A DNA stretch of 64,000 nucleotides, from the NCBI GenBank assembly GCA_963779495.1, contig CAVZYM010000005.1:2265554-2329553 (forward strand), read 5' to 3'. The DNA comes from an uncultured Pseudomonadota bacterium. Lineage in GTDB: Bacteria > Myxococcota_A > Polyangia > Fen-1088. The notes beneath the pieces are model-generated. The model did no database searches. It was not told the origin of the DNA and worked only from the letters and a program-made list of their open reading frames with translations. Both the position numbers and the translations under genes were made by a program. Each line of letters starts with the position of its first letter. The stretch's first letter is position 1. Below are positions 54,991 through 64,000 of this stretch, one piece after another.

Positions 54991-55518
54991 ATGCGGCGGA
55001 TCGATCCCTTGTGGTGGGTCGCGGTGGCCCTGCTGCTGGGGGGGATGTTCGCGGTGGGCCTCTACATGTATGTGGAGCACGCCGTCGAACAGGCGCGCGG
55101 CGACGCGCTGGCCCGTATCGACCGCGAGGCCTCGCACACCGAGCGTGGCACGTCGCAGCTGGACGCGGCCGCGGCGGTCGCGTCCGCGTTCGTCGCCGAC
55201 GTGGCGGCCGGGCGGTTCGCGGCGGCGCACGCGCGCCTGGCGACGCCGTATCGGACGGCGGTTCCGGTCGCGGCCTTCGCGACCGCCTGTCGTGGGCTGC
55301 CGATCCTGATGGGGGCCCGCGCGGTCACCTTGCGCGAGCTGCGGCAGCAGCAGAGCGGCAGCGCGGCGTCGATCGAGGCCCGCGGCCTGCTCGATGCGGC
55401 CGCCGGCGCCGTTCCCATCGGGTTCGTGTTTCTGCGCGAGGAGTCCGCGTTGCGCATCCTGGTCGTGTCGCTGGCCGGCGTGCCGGTGCTGCAGGGTGTG
55501 CAACAATCCGCGCGATGA
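54991..55518 (+). CDS. hypothetical N-terminally anchored membrane protein
   Basis: MRRIDPLWWVAVALLLGGMFAVGLYMYV is a TM segment, followed by about 140 aa of soluble domain. The stop overlaps the next start (ATGA). Confidence 0.5.
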   Translation: MRRIDPLWWVAVALLLGGMFAVGLYMYVEHAVEQARGDALARIDREASHTERGTSQLDAAAAVASAFVADVAAGRFAAAHARLATPYRTAVPVAAFATACRGLPILMGARAVTLRELRQQQSGSAASIEARGLLDAAAGAVPIGFVFLREESALRILVVSLAGVPVLQGVQQSAR

Positions 55519-58500
55519 TCGGCGCGACGCGGGGCTGCTGTCGGTGGTGGTTGTTTCTGGCGGTGGCGGCGCAGCTGGCGCAGCTCAGTTGCGCGCACCC
55601 GGCGCCGCCGGCCGCGCCGGTGGTGGCGGCCCCGGCGTCGGTGGGCGAGGCCGCGGCGGGCGAGGCCGCCTTGCCGCCGCTGCCGAAGCTGCCGCCGCCG
55701 CCGCCCACCGTCGAGCATCCCGAGCTGCGCCCGATCACCGTCGTCGCGCGCGACGTCTCCGACGGCATCGAGACGTTGATCGCCGCGACCAACGACGGCC
55801 TCGGCTGCAACGGCAGGGGCACCAAGGGCGCCGCGGTTCGCATCGAAGGGGCCAGCGATCCGCGCCGCCCGTGGTCGGGCTGGTTCAACCACGTCGATGG
55901 CGCCGACGGCCGTCCCGCGCTGGAGGGCGGCCACCTGATCATTCGACGCCCGGTGCCGGGGCCCGACGAGCACCAGATCGCCCACGTCTATCAGGCCGGC
56001 GGCGCTCCCTGGTGCCCGGGGGCGCCGCAGCACTTCCGGTTCGCGCTCCCGGGCCCGGGCGGGCCGGCGCGCGAGCCCGCGGTGCTGGCGTACTGGGCCG
56101 AGGCGTTCGCCGATCACGTCGGCGACGACACCGCGTGGGCCGGGTTCGCGCGCCAGCGGGCGCGCGCGCGGTTTCCCGAGCCGCTGGCCGGGCGTCCGGT
56201 GGCGACCGCGCCGGCGAAGCTGCCGCGCGGGAAGGGGAAGCCGAGCAAGGCGCAAGCGACGGGCACCCCGCCCACGACGACGGCACGCCCGCGCGTCACC
56301 CCCGCGCGGCGCGATCCGTCGGAGCTGGCCCGGCTGATGGACACGACCAGTGGCATGACGTCGCTGCAGGAGACGCTGCAGACCGATCGCTGGCTGGTCG
56401 CCACCGACGCCGGCGCGGCGACGGTGCCGCTCGCCGCCGTGAAGGGCCCGCCGCTGCCGCAGCACCCGTGGCCCGCGATGCTGACCGCCCTCGCCGCGCA
56501 GAAAAAGAAGGTGTCGCCGCCCGACGAGCCGCTGGCGGCCGCGGCGCCGGCGGGCTTCTACTTCGTGCGCTTCCGCTCGATCGGAGATCTGATCCGGTTA
56601 CGCGCCGAGATGGACAAGGGGCTGTCTGCGAGCCTGGTCGCGCTCGAGGACCGGCTGGCCGACTACGATCTGGCGGAGCGGTACGAGGCCGAGCTGGGGA
56701 TCAAGCAGGGTCCGATGACCCGGCTGCTGGGGCCCGCGGTGATCGACGATCTGGCGGTGGTCGGCAGCGATCCGTACCTGCGCGAGGGGAGCGATCTGAC
56801 ACTGGTGTTCCGGGTCAAGGCCAAGCCGGCGTTCGAGGCGGGGCTGGCGACGACGCTGACCGTGCAGGGGGCGGCGCACGGCGGGGTGAGCGTGTCGTCG
56901 GTGGAGCGGGGCGGGGTCACGATCCAGATCGCCACCAGCCCCGACGGCGCGATCCGGCGCCACCGGGCCACCGTCGGCGGCTTCGAGCTGGTGTCCAACA
57001 GCCTGGGTGGCCTCGAGCGCGTGATCGCCGCGATCCAGAAGCGCGCGCCCTGCCTCGCCGACGAGCTCGACTTTCGCTACATGATGGCGCGCGACGCCGC
57101 CGTCACCGCCGACGTGCTGGCGTTCATGAGCGACCGTTTCGTCGCCGAGGTGGTCGGTCCGCGCCAGAAGATCCTCGAGGCGCGCCGCCAGCTGGCGCTG
57201 GCCGAGCTGTCGCGGCCCGGGTTCGCGGCGCTGCTCTACGGCTGGCTGTTTGGCCGCGCGCCGGCCAGCGCCGCCGAGCTGCTGGCGTCGGGGCTGCTCA
57301 CGCGCGGGGACCTGGCCCACGCCGACGGCGAGACGATCGCCTGGACGCCCGAGGCCGGCGCCCGCTCGTCGTGGGGGCAGGTCGGCGGGCTGCTGCCGCT
57401 CATCGATCGCCCGGTGCCGGCCAAGGTGACGGCGGCGGAGAGCGAGGCCTACAAGCTGTTCGTCGCCGGCTACCAGAACTACTGGCGCACGTACATCGAT
57501 CCCGTCGCGGTCCGGATCGCGCTGCCCGCCGACGGCAAGGGGCCGCTGGCGATGGAGCTGCGCGTGCTGCCGATCATCGACGGCACCGACTACGCCGAGC
57601 TGTCGCGCACCGTCGGTCGCGCGCGCGTCGTGGTGGGGGAGGGCCGGCAGGGGGCGCGGGCGGTGCTGGGGATCGGCGCTGACGCCTCGATCCGGCAGCT
57701 GCTGTCGCGGTCGTTGCGCGAGATGCCGCTGGTCGGGGCGCTGAAGATCGACTGGCTCGGCGACTGGGCCACCTTCGGGATCGACGACGCCGCCCGGCCG
57801 GACGGGGAGGCGGTCCCCGTCGGCGACGGCACCAGCCAGCTGGACCTGGCGCTCTCCCAGCTCAGCGAGCTGCCCGTCTTCGCCGGCGTCGAGGTCCGAA
57901 GCCCGGCCGCCGCGGTGGCGTTCCTGGCCGGCGCGCGCCAGGTCGTCGAGTCGGCGGCGCCCGGCATGATCGACTGGCGCGAGGCGGGCAAGCATCGTGA
58001 CGTCCCGTTCGTCGCGGTCCGCGCCGCGCGCGACAAGAGCGATCTCGGCGCCTTCAAGGACATCTCCCTCTACTACACGTTCTGCAAGGGGAGCCTGTTC
58101 CTGTCGCTGGCCGAGGCCGCGCTGCGCCGCCGCATCGACGACTGCGTCGACGGCCGCCGGCCCCAGGCCCCGGCGGCGGGGTCCGAGCCAGATCCGCAGA
58201 GTGCGCAGCTGGTGGTCGACGTCGACATGCGCGAGCGCGGCCCGCTCTGGTGGCGGCTGGTGATGCTGGCGACGCGCAACGACTGGAGCCGCACCGACAG
58301 CTGGTCGCACGCCGCTGCCGAGGCGGTGCTGCGGGGCGCGCCCGGGGCGCCGCCGGCCGTGACGCGCGCGCTGGCGCGGCGGACGCTGGGCGCCGTGCCG
58401 ACCACGCCCGAGGGGCAGGCCTACCTGCTCGGCGAGGACGGGATACGCGACCCCCTCCGCGGGCTGTACCGCCCGTCAGCGCCCAGAACCTGGCAGGACC

Positions 58501-58664
58501 TTGTCGCCGGGGAGGGCGCGCCCCTCGTTCGTCTGCTGCGCACGATCTCCCATCTGCGCAGCGAGGTGTCGTTCGACGAAGAGCCCCGGGTCGCTGGAGA
58601 GAAGCCGAACGCCGACCCTGCCCGCAGCCTGCACGTCCGGCTGCGTCTGAATCCGGCGCTCTGA
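55515..58664 (+). CDS. large (1049-aa) hypothetical lipoprotein/secreted protein
   Basis: CCRWWLFLAVAAQLAQLSCA (signal, possible lipobox), followed by a 3.1-kb frame with normal composition and no low-complexity takeover. I recognise no family. Confidence 0.65.
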   Translation: MIGATRGCCRWWLFLAVAAQLAQLSCAHPAPPAAPVVAAPASVGEAAAGEAALPPLPKLPPPPPTVEHPELRPITVVARDVSDGIETLIAATNDGLGCNGRGTKGAAVRIEGASDPRRPWSGWFNHVDGADGRPALEGGHLIIRRPVPGPDEHQIAHVYQAGGAPWCPGAPQHFRFALPGPGGPAREPAVLAYWAEAFADHVGDDTAWAGFARQRARARFPEPLAGRPVATAPAKLPRGKGKPSKAQATGTPPTTTARPRVTPARRDPSELARLMDTTSGMTSLQETLQTDRWLVATDAGAATVPLAAVKGPPLPQHPWPAMLTALAAQKKKVSPPDEPLAAAAPAGFYFVRFRSIGDLIRLRAEMDKGLSASLVALEDRLADYDLAERYEAELGIKQGPMTRLLGPAVIDDLAVVGSDPYLREGSDLTLVFRVKAKPAFEAGLATTLTVQGAAHGGVSVSSVERGGVTIQIATSPDGAIRRHRATVGGFELVSNSLGGLERVIAAIQKRAPCLADELDFRYMMARDAAVTADVLAFMSDRFVAEVVGPRQKILEARRQLALAELSRPGFAALLYGWLFGRAPASAAELLASGLLTRGDLAHADGETIAWTPEAGARSSWGQVGGLLPLIDRPVPAKVTAAESEAYKLFVAGYQNYWRTYIDPVAVRIALPADGKGPLAMELRVLPIIDGTDYAELSRTVGRARVVVGEGRQGARAVLGIGADASIRQLLSRSLREMPLVGALKIDWLGDWATFGIDDAARPDGEAVPVGDGTSQLDLALSQLSELPVFAGVEVRSPAAAVAFLAGARQVVESAAPGMIDWREAGKHRDVPFVAVRAARDKSDLGAFKDISLYYTFCKGSLFLSLAEAALRRRIDDCVDGRRPQAPAAGSEPDPQSAQLVVDVDMRERGPLWWRLVMLATRNDWSRTDSWSHAAAEAVLRGAPGAPPAVTRALARRTLGAVPTTPEGQAYLLGEDGIRDPLRGLYRPSAPRTWQDLVAGEGAPLVRLLRTISHLRSEVSFDEEPRVAGEKPNADPARSLHVRLRLNPAL

Positions 58665-58675
58665 CCGAGCCCGTA

Positions 58676-59422
58676 CTAGCCCGGCGCCACCGGCAGGTGG
58701 AGGCCGCACTCCTTGTTCTCGGGATCCTCCCACCACCAGCGGCCCGAGCGCGGGTGCTCGCCCGGCTGGATGGCGCGCGTGCAGGGGGCACAGCCGATCG
58801 ACGGGTAGCCGCGATCGTGCATGGGGTGGACCGGGACGCGGTGCTCTTTCGCGTAGGCGCGGACCTGCTCCATGGTCCAGCGGACGAGCGGGTTCAGCTT
58901 GGTGATGCCGCCGTGGGCGTCGTCGACCTCGACCTCGGGCGTGTCGGTCCGGGTCACGGACTGTTCGTTGCGAAGCCCGGTCATCCAGGCCTCGACGTTC
59001 GCCAGCGCGCGGGCCAGCGGCTCGACCTTGCGGATGCCGCAGCACTCGTGCCGGTTGTCCAAGGAATCCCGGAAGCTGTAGAGCCCCTTGGTCCGGAGCA
59101 GCGTCTCGACCGCGTCGTGGCGCGGGTAGAACCAGTCAATCTCGATGTCGTACTTCATCCGCACGCGCTCGGCGGTCAGGTAGGTCTCGTCGGGGAGGCG
59201 CCCGGTATCGAGGGCGAACACGCGCACCTCCGAAGGGCTTGCCTGCCGCGCCCGGTTCGCCTTCACGGCCAGGTCGATGATGACGCAGTCCTCGACCGAG
59301 AAGCTGGAGGCAATCGTCAGCTTGCGTCCGAAGCTCTCGATTCCCCAGGCGACCACCTCGCCCGGGGCGGCCCCGCGCAAACGGGCCGCGGCGGCCCCAA
59401 TCTCTGCGATAGTCTTTGCCAT
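58676..59422 (-). CDS. cysH: adenylyl-/phosphoadenylyl-sulfate reductase (Fe-S type)
   Basis: LTIASSFSVEDCVIIDL, FALDTGRLPDETY, ECCGIRKVEPL and GYPSIGCAPCTRA (the CC...CxxC cluster ligands of the APS-reductase type), plus RSGRWWWE. ATG 59422 is taken from the longer track ORF. Confidence 0.85.
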   Translation of the reverse strand: MAKTIAEIGAAAARLRGAAPGEVVAWGIESFGRKLTIASSFSVEDCVIIDLAVKANRARQASPSEVRVFALDTGRLPDETYLTAERVRMKYDIEIDWFYPRHDAVETLLRTKGLYSFRDSLDNRHECCGIRKVEPLARALANVEAWMTGLRNEQSVTRTDTPEVEVDDAHGGITKLNPLVRWTMEQVRAYAKEHRVPVHPMHDRGYPSIGCAPCTRAIQPGEHPRSGRWWWEDPENKECGLHLPVAPG

Positions 59423-59497
59423 TGAGGCGGCCAGCATACCGGAGTTTGGCGGCCTGGCTAATTGATTACAAAAACAGTGAAGAACATGGTCGTCGCC

Positions 59498-59527
59498 TTG
59501 ACCCTGCCCACCGCGCACTCGTATAAT
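59498..59527 (+). promoter_or_regulatory. sigma-70-like promoter (TTGACC, 18-nt spacer, TATAAT) upstream of the siroheme/sulfite reductase operon
   Basis: TTGACC at 59498-59503 and TATAAT at 59522-59527, in a 172-nt low-GC divergent intergenic region. The start codon is 68 nt downstream of the -10 element. Confidence 0.45.
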
Positions 59528-59594
59528 ATCGTCGTTTTCTCGTGAATATGTGGGCAACAGAGCAACGGCCAATTCTTTACTAAACAGGTAAACA

Positions 59595-60164
59595 ATGGCG
59601 CTGTACCCACTGTTCTTGAAGCTTGCCGGGCGCAAGGTGCTGGTCGTCGGGGGCGGGCCGGTGGCCGTCGCCAAGGTCGAGGCGCTGCGCGAGGCGGAGG
59701 CAACGATCCTGGTGGTCGCCCCCGAGCCGCGGGACGAGCTGGCCGCGCTGGCGGCGGCCGGGAAGATCGGGCTTCACCGGCGTTCCTTCGAGGCGAGTGA
59801 CCTCGCGGATGTCTGGCTGGTGGTGGCGGCGGCGCCCCCCGAGGTCAATCGCGCTGTGGCGGCGGCGGCGGAGTCCCTGCGCCTGTTCGTGCTCGCGGTC
59901 GACGACACCTCGGCCGCGAGCGCGTACGGCGCGGGGACCTTACGGCGCGGCGGCGTGACCGTCGCCGTTTCGACCGACGGCCGAGCCCCGGCGCTGGCAG
60001 GCCTGGTGCGCGAGGGGCTGGACGCGATGCTCCCCCCCAATCTCGACGTCTGGACGGCGGAGGCGGAGCGCCAGCGCGCGGCCTGGAAGGCGGCGGCCGT
60101 CCCGATGGCCGAGCGCCGGCCGCTATTACTCCAGGCCCTAAATAGGCTATACGAGGCCCGATGA
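59595..60164 (+). CDS. precorrin-2 dehydrogenase / sirohydrochlorin ferrochelatase (CysG N-terminal-domain type)
   Basis: LFLKLAGRKVLVVGGGPVAVAKVEAL (NAD-binding fold) and VAVSTDGRAPALAGLVRE. Confidence 0.75.
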   Translation: MALYPLFLKLAGRKVLVVGGGPVAVAKVEALREAEATILVVAPEPRDELAALAAAGKIGLHRRSFEASDLADVWLVVAAAPPEVNRAVAAAAESLRLFVLAVDDTSAASAYGAGTLRRGGVTVAVSTDGRAPALAGLVREGLDAMLPPNLDVWTAEAERQRAAWKAAAVPMAERRPLLLQALNRLYEAR

Positions 60165-60956
60165 GCGTGGACCGCCAGCTCGGCCGGGTTTTCCTGATCG
60201 GCGCAGGGCCGGGGAGCCTCGATCTGATCACGCTCCGTGGGGCCCGCCGGCTGGGCGAGGCCGACCTGGTGCTCTACGACGCGCTCGCCTCGGAAGAGAT
60301 GCGCGAGCTGGCGCCGCACGCGCGCTGGTTCTTCGTCGGCAAGCGCGCCTGCCGACAGTCGAATCGAACAGGACGTGCTCAACCGCCTGCTGGTCCGGTA
60401 CGCGCGGCGTGGGTTGACGGTCGCGCGGCTCAAGTGCGGAGACCCGTTCGTGTTCGGGCGCGGCGGCGAAGAGGCGCTGGCGCTGGCCGCGGCCGGGATT
60501 CCGTTCGAGGTGGTCCCGGGCGTGTCGTCCGCGGTCGCGGCGCCGGCGCTGGCGGGGATCCCCGTCACCCACCGCGGCCTCGCCTCCAGCTTCGCCGTCG
60601 TCACGGGCCACCACGAGGCGACCTACGCGCCGCTGCTCGACGGGTTTCCGCCCGGGGCGCTGACGCTGGTGGTGCTGATGGGGCTCGGCCAGCGGGCCCG
60701 CATCGCCGCGCGGCTGCGGGCGCGGGGCTGGGACGCGGCGACGCCGGCGGCGGTGATCCTGGGCGCCGCGACGCCGCAGAGCTGGCGCTGGACGGGCACG
60801 CTCGCCGAGCTGGGCGAGGTGGCCTTGCCGGCCTCCTCCTCTGGCGCGCCCGGGCTGCTCGTGATCGGCGCCGTCGTCGGTCTGGCGGCCGAGCTTTCGC
60901 AAGGGTTATCGTCGTTAGTCCCCCCTGTAGCAGCAAACGTAGAGGTGATCAGATGA
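60161..60956 (+). pseudogene. cobA: uroporphyrinogen-III C-methyltransferase, single frameshift near 60360 (likely an artefact)
   Basis: GRVFLIGAGPGSLDLITLRGARRLGEADLVLYD in one frame, and RLKCGDPFVFGRGGEEALALAAAGIPFEVVPGVSSAVAAPALAGIPVTHRG in the next. Removing one A from TCGAATCGAA gives GKRACRQSIEQDVLNRLLV. Both ends have ATGA overlaps. Confidence 0.8.
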
Positions 60957-62719
60957 GCGCGAATCCGTCTGTTGATTTCGTCCCCAACGGCGTGGGCCGG
61001 CCGGGGTTTTCCGACCAGGAAGACATCGACGCCTTCGTCGACATGCTCGATCGCTTCGAGCAGGGGGACATCAGCCCCGACGAGTGGCGGGCCTTCCGGC
61101 TCATCAACGGCACCTACGGTCAGCGCCAGGACGGCGTCTACATGATCCGCATCAAGCTGCCGAGCGGCCTGGCGACGGTGCCGCAGCTGCGGGCGCTGGC
61201 GGACGTGACCGAGAAGTACGCGGGCAGCGGCGTCGGCCACATCACCACCCGCCAGAACATCCAGCTTCACTTCGTCAAGGACGCCGACGCGAAGCTCGCG
61301 CTGCAGATGCTCGCCGACGCCGGGCTGACGACCCGCGAGGCGTGCGGGAACGCGGTTCGCAACGTCACCGGCTGCGCCTTCGCGGGCGTGGCGCCGCACG
61401 AGCCGTTCGACACGACCCCCTACGCGGACGCGGTGGTCCGCCACCTGCTGCACGGGCCGTTCTCCTCGTCGCTGCCGCGCAAGTTCAAGATCGCCTTCGG
61501 GGGCTGCTGCGGCTTCGACGACGTGCAGGCCCAGATCAACGACCTGGGCTTCATCATCACCACCGACGCGCAGGGGAAGCCCGGCTTCAAGGTCTACATC
61601 GGGGGCGGGCTGTCGACGCTGCGCAAGGCGGCGATCCTGGTGCACGAGTTCCTGCCGGTCGACGAGGTGCTCGAGGTTTCGGAGGCGGTGGTGCGCACGT
61701 TCCACCGGCTCGGCAACCGCAAGGACAAGCACAAGGCGCGTATCAAGTGGGTGATCCAGAAGATCGGCACCTCGGCCTTCATCGAGGAGTACAAGAAGGA
61801 CCTGGCCGCGGTGCGCGCCGAAGGGGGCCGCCCGCTGAAGCTGACGGTGGCGCCGGCGCCCGCGGTGCGCGCGCTGCCGGAGCTCGAGGCGAGCGGCGAG
61901 GCGCCGCTGCCGGACTACGAAGCGTTCGCCGCCACCAACGTTCGCCCGCAGAAGCAGGCGGGGTTCTCGTCGGTGATCGTGCGGGTTCCCAAGGGGGACA
62001 TCACGCCGGGGCAGTTCCGCTCACTGGCGGACCTGACGGTGAAGTACAGCAGCGAGGGCGAGCTGCGCACGACGAACGAGCAGAACCTGGTGATCCGGTT
62101 CGTGCCGACGGCGTCCGTCGCCGACCTGCACCGGGGGCTGACGGCGATCGGGCTCGGTCAGGGGAACGCGATGACCCTGGCCGACGTGCTGTCGTGCCCG
62201 GGGGCGTCGAGCTGCAAGATCGCGGTCACCAACTCGAAGGCGCTGGGCGGCATCCTGACCGACCACTTCGACACCAAGCCGGAGCTCGTCGCGCAGGCGC
62301 CGGGGCTGGACATCAAGATCTCGGGCTGCCCGAACGGCTGCGGCCAGCACTACAGCTCTGTGATCGGCCTGCAGGGGGGGATGCGCAAGATCGACGGCAA
62401 GCCGGTGCCGCAGTACTTCGTCTACGTCGGCGGCGGGTTCGCGGCCGACGGCCCGAAGTTCGGCCGCATCGCGGGCAAGGTCCCGGCGCGGCGCGCGGCG
62501 GCGGCGATCGAGCGTCTGGTCGCGATGTACAGCGAGCAGAAGCAGCCGGGGGAGACGCCGCTGGCGTTCTTCACCCGGATCGAGACCGCCAAGGTCACCG
62601 CGCAGATCAAGGACCTGACCGAGCTCGACGAGAAGACGGCGACCGAGCGCGACTTCTTCGACCTCGGGGAGGACAAGGCCTTCGAGCTGGTCGAGATGGA
62701 AGGCGAGTGCGCAGCGTGA
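60953..62719 (+). CDS. sir: sulfite reductase hemoprotein (ferredoxin-dependent type)
   Basis: [41 protein letters not shown], and [11 protein letters not shown]...[11 protein letters not shown] (siroheme/4Fe-4S ligands). The two-fold NiR/SiR repeat is present. No flavoprotein partner gene is nearby. Confidence 0.9.
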   Translation: MSANPSVDFVPNGVGRPGFSDQEDIDAFVDMLDRFEQGDISPDEWRAFRLINGTYGQRQDGVYMIRIKLPSGLATVPQLRALADVTEKYAGSGVGHITTRQNIQLHFVKDADAKLALQMLADAGLTTREACGNAVRNVTGCAFAGVAPHEPFDTTPYADAVVRHLLHGPFSSSLPRKFKIAFGGCCGFDDVQAQINDLGFIITTDAQGKPGFKVYIGGGLSTLRKAAILVHEFLPVDEVLEVSEAVVRTFHRLGNRKDKHKARIKWVIQKIGTSAFIEEYKKDLAAVRAEGGRPLKLTVAPAPAVRALPELEASGEAPLPDYEAFAATNVRPQKQAGFSSVIVRVPKGDITPGQFRSLADLTVKYSSEGELRTTNEQNLVIRFVPTASVADLHRGLTAIGLGQGNAMTLADVLSCPGASSCKIAVTNSKALGGILTDHFDTKPELVAQAPGLDIKISGCPNGCGQHYSSVIGLQGGMRKIDGKPVPQYFVYVGGGFAADGPKFGRIAGKVPARRAAAAIERLVAMYSEQKQPGETPLAFFTRIETAKVTAQIKDLTELDEKTATERDFFDLGEDKAFELVEMEGECAA

Positions 62720-62741
62720 TCGCACCGTCGGCCTGTCCCCG

Positions 62742-63812
62742 ATGAGCCTGGTCGTCAAGAGCCTGACCAAGCGGTTCACGGCGAAGGGGACGCCTGCCGT
62801 GGCGGACGTATCGTTCTCGGCGCCGTCGGGCGGCATCACGACCTTGCTCGGGCCTTCGGGCTCGGGGAAGTCGACCGTGCTGCGCGTCGTGGCGGGGCTG
62901 GAGCGTCCGGACGCCGGCCAGGTGTTCTTCGGCGATCAGGACGTCACCGCGGCGGCGGTGCAGCACCGCGGCGTCGGCTTCGTCTTCCAGAGCTATGCGC
63001 TGTTCAAGCACATGAACGTGCGCCGCAACATCGCGTTCGGTCTCGGCGTGCGCAAGGTGCCGAAGGCCGAGGCCGAGAAGAAGGTCGACGAGCTCCTGGC
63101 GCTGGTGCAGCTCGACGGGCTCGGCGAGCGCTACCCGTCGCAGCTGTCGGGTGGCCAGCGCCAGCGGGTCGCGTTCGCACGCGCGCTGGCGATCGAGCCC
63201 AAGGTCTTGCTGCTCGACGAGCCGTTCGGCGCGCTCGACGCGCAGGTCCGGGTCGAGCTGCGCGACTGGCTGCGCCGCTTCCACGACGAACGCCACGTGA
63301 CGACGCTGCTGGTGACGCACGATCAGGAGGAGGCGATGGAGGTCTCGGACCACATCGTCGTCATGCACGAGGGGCGGGTGGCCCAGGCCGGCGCGCCGCA
63401 GGAGGTCTACGATCACCCGGCCACGCCGTTCGTGGCCGCGTTCGTGGGTGGCGCCAACGTGCTGTCGGGCAAGGTGGTCGACGGTCGCGTCAGCGTCAGC
63501 GCGATGGCCGTCCAGATGACCAACGGCGCCACCAGCGCGCCCGATGGCTCCGCGGTCCAGGCCTACGTTCGCCCGCACGACGTCACGCTGACCAAGGCGA
63601 CCGCCGACGCGCCCGAGATCTCGGTGGCGCGGGTCGAGCGGATGGCCTGGCTCGGCGGCTACGTGAAGCTGTCGCTGAAGCTCTCCGACGGCGTGCCGAT
63701 GACGGTGCAGATGCCGAAGGGCGAGGTCGAGACGCTGGGGATCGCCGAGGGGGACCTGGTGATGGCCAACCTGCGCGACGCCAAGGTCTTCGTCGAGGAC
63801 TACTCGATATGA
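62742..63812 (+). CDS. cysA: sulfate/thiosulfate ABC transporter ATP-binding protein
   Basis: [60 protein letters not shown], and a C-terminal TOBE-like region. Confidence 0.9.
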   Translation: MSLVVKSLTKRFTAKGTPAVADVSFSAPSGGITTLLGPSGSGKSTVLRVVAGLERPDAGQVFFGDQDVTAAAVQHRGVGFVFQSYALFKHMNVRRNIAFGLGVRKVPKAEAEKKVDELLALVQLDGLGERYPSQLSGGQRQRVAFARALAIEPKVLLLDEPFGALDAQVRVELRDWLRRFHDERHVTTLLVTHDQEEAMEVSDHIVVMHEGRVAQAGAPQEVYDHPATPFVAAFVGGANVLSGKVVDGRVSVSAMAVQMTNGATSAPDGSAVQAYVRPHDVTLTKATADAPEISVARVERMAWLGGYVKLSLKLSDGVPMTVQMPKGEVETLGIAEGDLVMANLRDAKVFVEDYSI

Positions 63813-63848
63813 TGCGCGTGGCGAGGCCGCGCTGACGAGGCTCCTACC

Positions 63849-64000
63849 TTGCGCGTGACGACCCGCGCCCGTTACGCCATCCGCGCCCTCTACGACCTCG
63901 CGTTTCACCGCCGCGGCCAGGCGGCCCAGGCCAAGGAGATCGCGGCCCGCCAGCAGATCCCGGCGCGCTTCCTGACCCAGATTCTGCAGGACCTGCGCAA
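63849..64000 (+). CDS. Rrf2 family transcriptional regulator (N-terminal part; continues beyond the window)
   Basis: (M)RVTTRARYAIRALYDLAFH...AKEIAARQQIPARFLTQILQDLR is the Rrf2 winged-HTH N-terminus. The proposed start is TTG 63849. Confidence 0.7.
   Translation, partial: MRVTTRARYAIRALYDLAFHRRGQAAQAKEIAARQQIPARFLTQILQDLR

Noticed and set aside
29666-60370. General association of all frameshifts with GATC/CGATCG motifs
   Set aside because: Several breaks lie within about 10 nt of a GATC. But GATC occurs roughly every 60-100 nt in this DNA, so proximity is expected by chance. Only the two identical GAATCG cases are kept as a (weak) finding.

Overview
This is a 64-kb window of a very GC-rich chromosome (roughly 70% GC by eye, with a few clearly lower-GC islands). 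The gene content points to Myxococcota: a MYXO-CTERM sorting tail, delta-60 repeats, a Kelch plus Cys-rich-repeat protein, a Hanks-type Ser/Thr kinase, and several lipoproteins with long Gly-rich linkers.

Housekeeping backbone:
- hisB-hisH and hisA-hisF-hisIE-dinG-plsY on the minus strand, split by a 2.3-kb opposite-strand insert that includes udk.
- proC, yceI and proB-proA.
- A sulfur-assimilation cluster: cysH is divergent from a precorrin-2 dehydrogenase gene, cobA, sulfite reductase, cysA and the start of an Rrf2 regulator. Several of these junctions are ATGA-coupled.
- cfa coupled to a flavoprotein, a BI-1/YccA protein, terC, a PEP-utilising enzyme, PBP1A and recD2.

Accessory content:
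1. An 8.8-kb lipoprotein-signal Rhs/YD gene with full teneurin-like architecture (Kelch, Cys-rich repeats, TTR/FN-plug, NHL, YD shell, RHS core). It ends in a Tlde1/DUF2778-like L,D-transpeptidase-fold toxin and is followed by a coupled secreted candidate immunity gene. The 3' two-thirds of the gene is visibly lower in GC.
2. A minus-strand run of small OMP, two paralogous Pro-rich bitopic membrane proteins and an NB-ARC NTPase, divergent from a LuxR regulator.
3. An IS110-family element next to a truncated GNAT gene and an unassigned low-GC tract.
4. An orphan BrnA-like antitoxin.

About 20 +/-1 frameshifts interrupt otherwise well-conserved genes (PBP1A, recD2, dinG, pirin, IS110 transposase, cobA and others). 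They are strongly clustered, so features marked pseudogene may be assembly or polishing artefacts rather than real decay. I found no rRNA, tRNA or CRISPR array. All calls come from reading the translations by eye; no searches were run.
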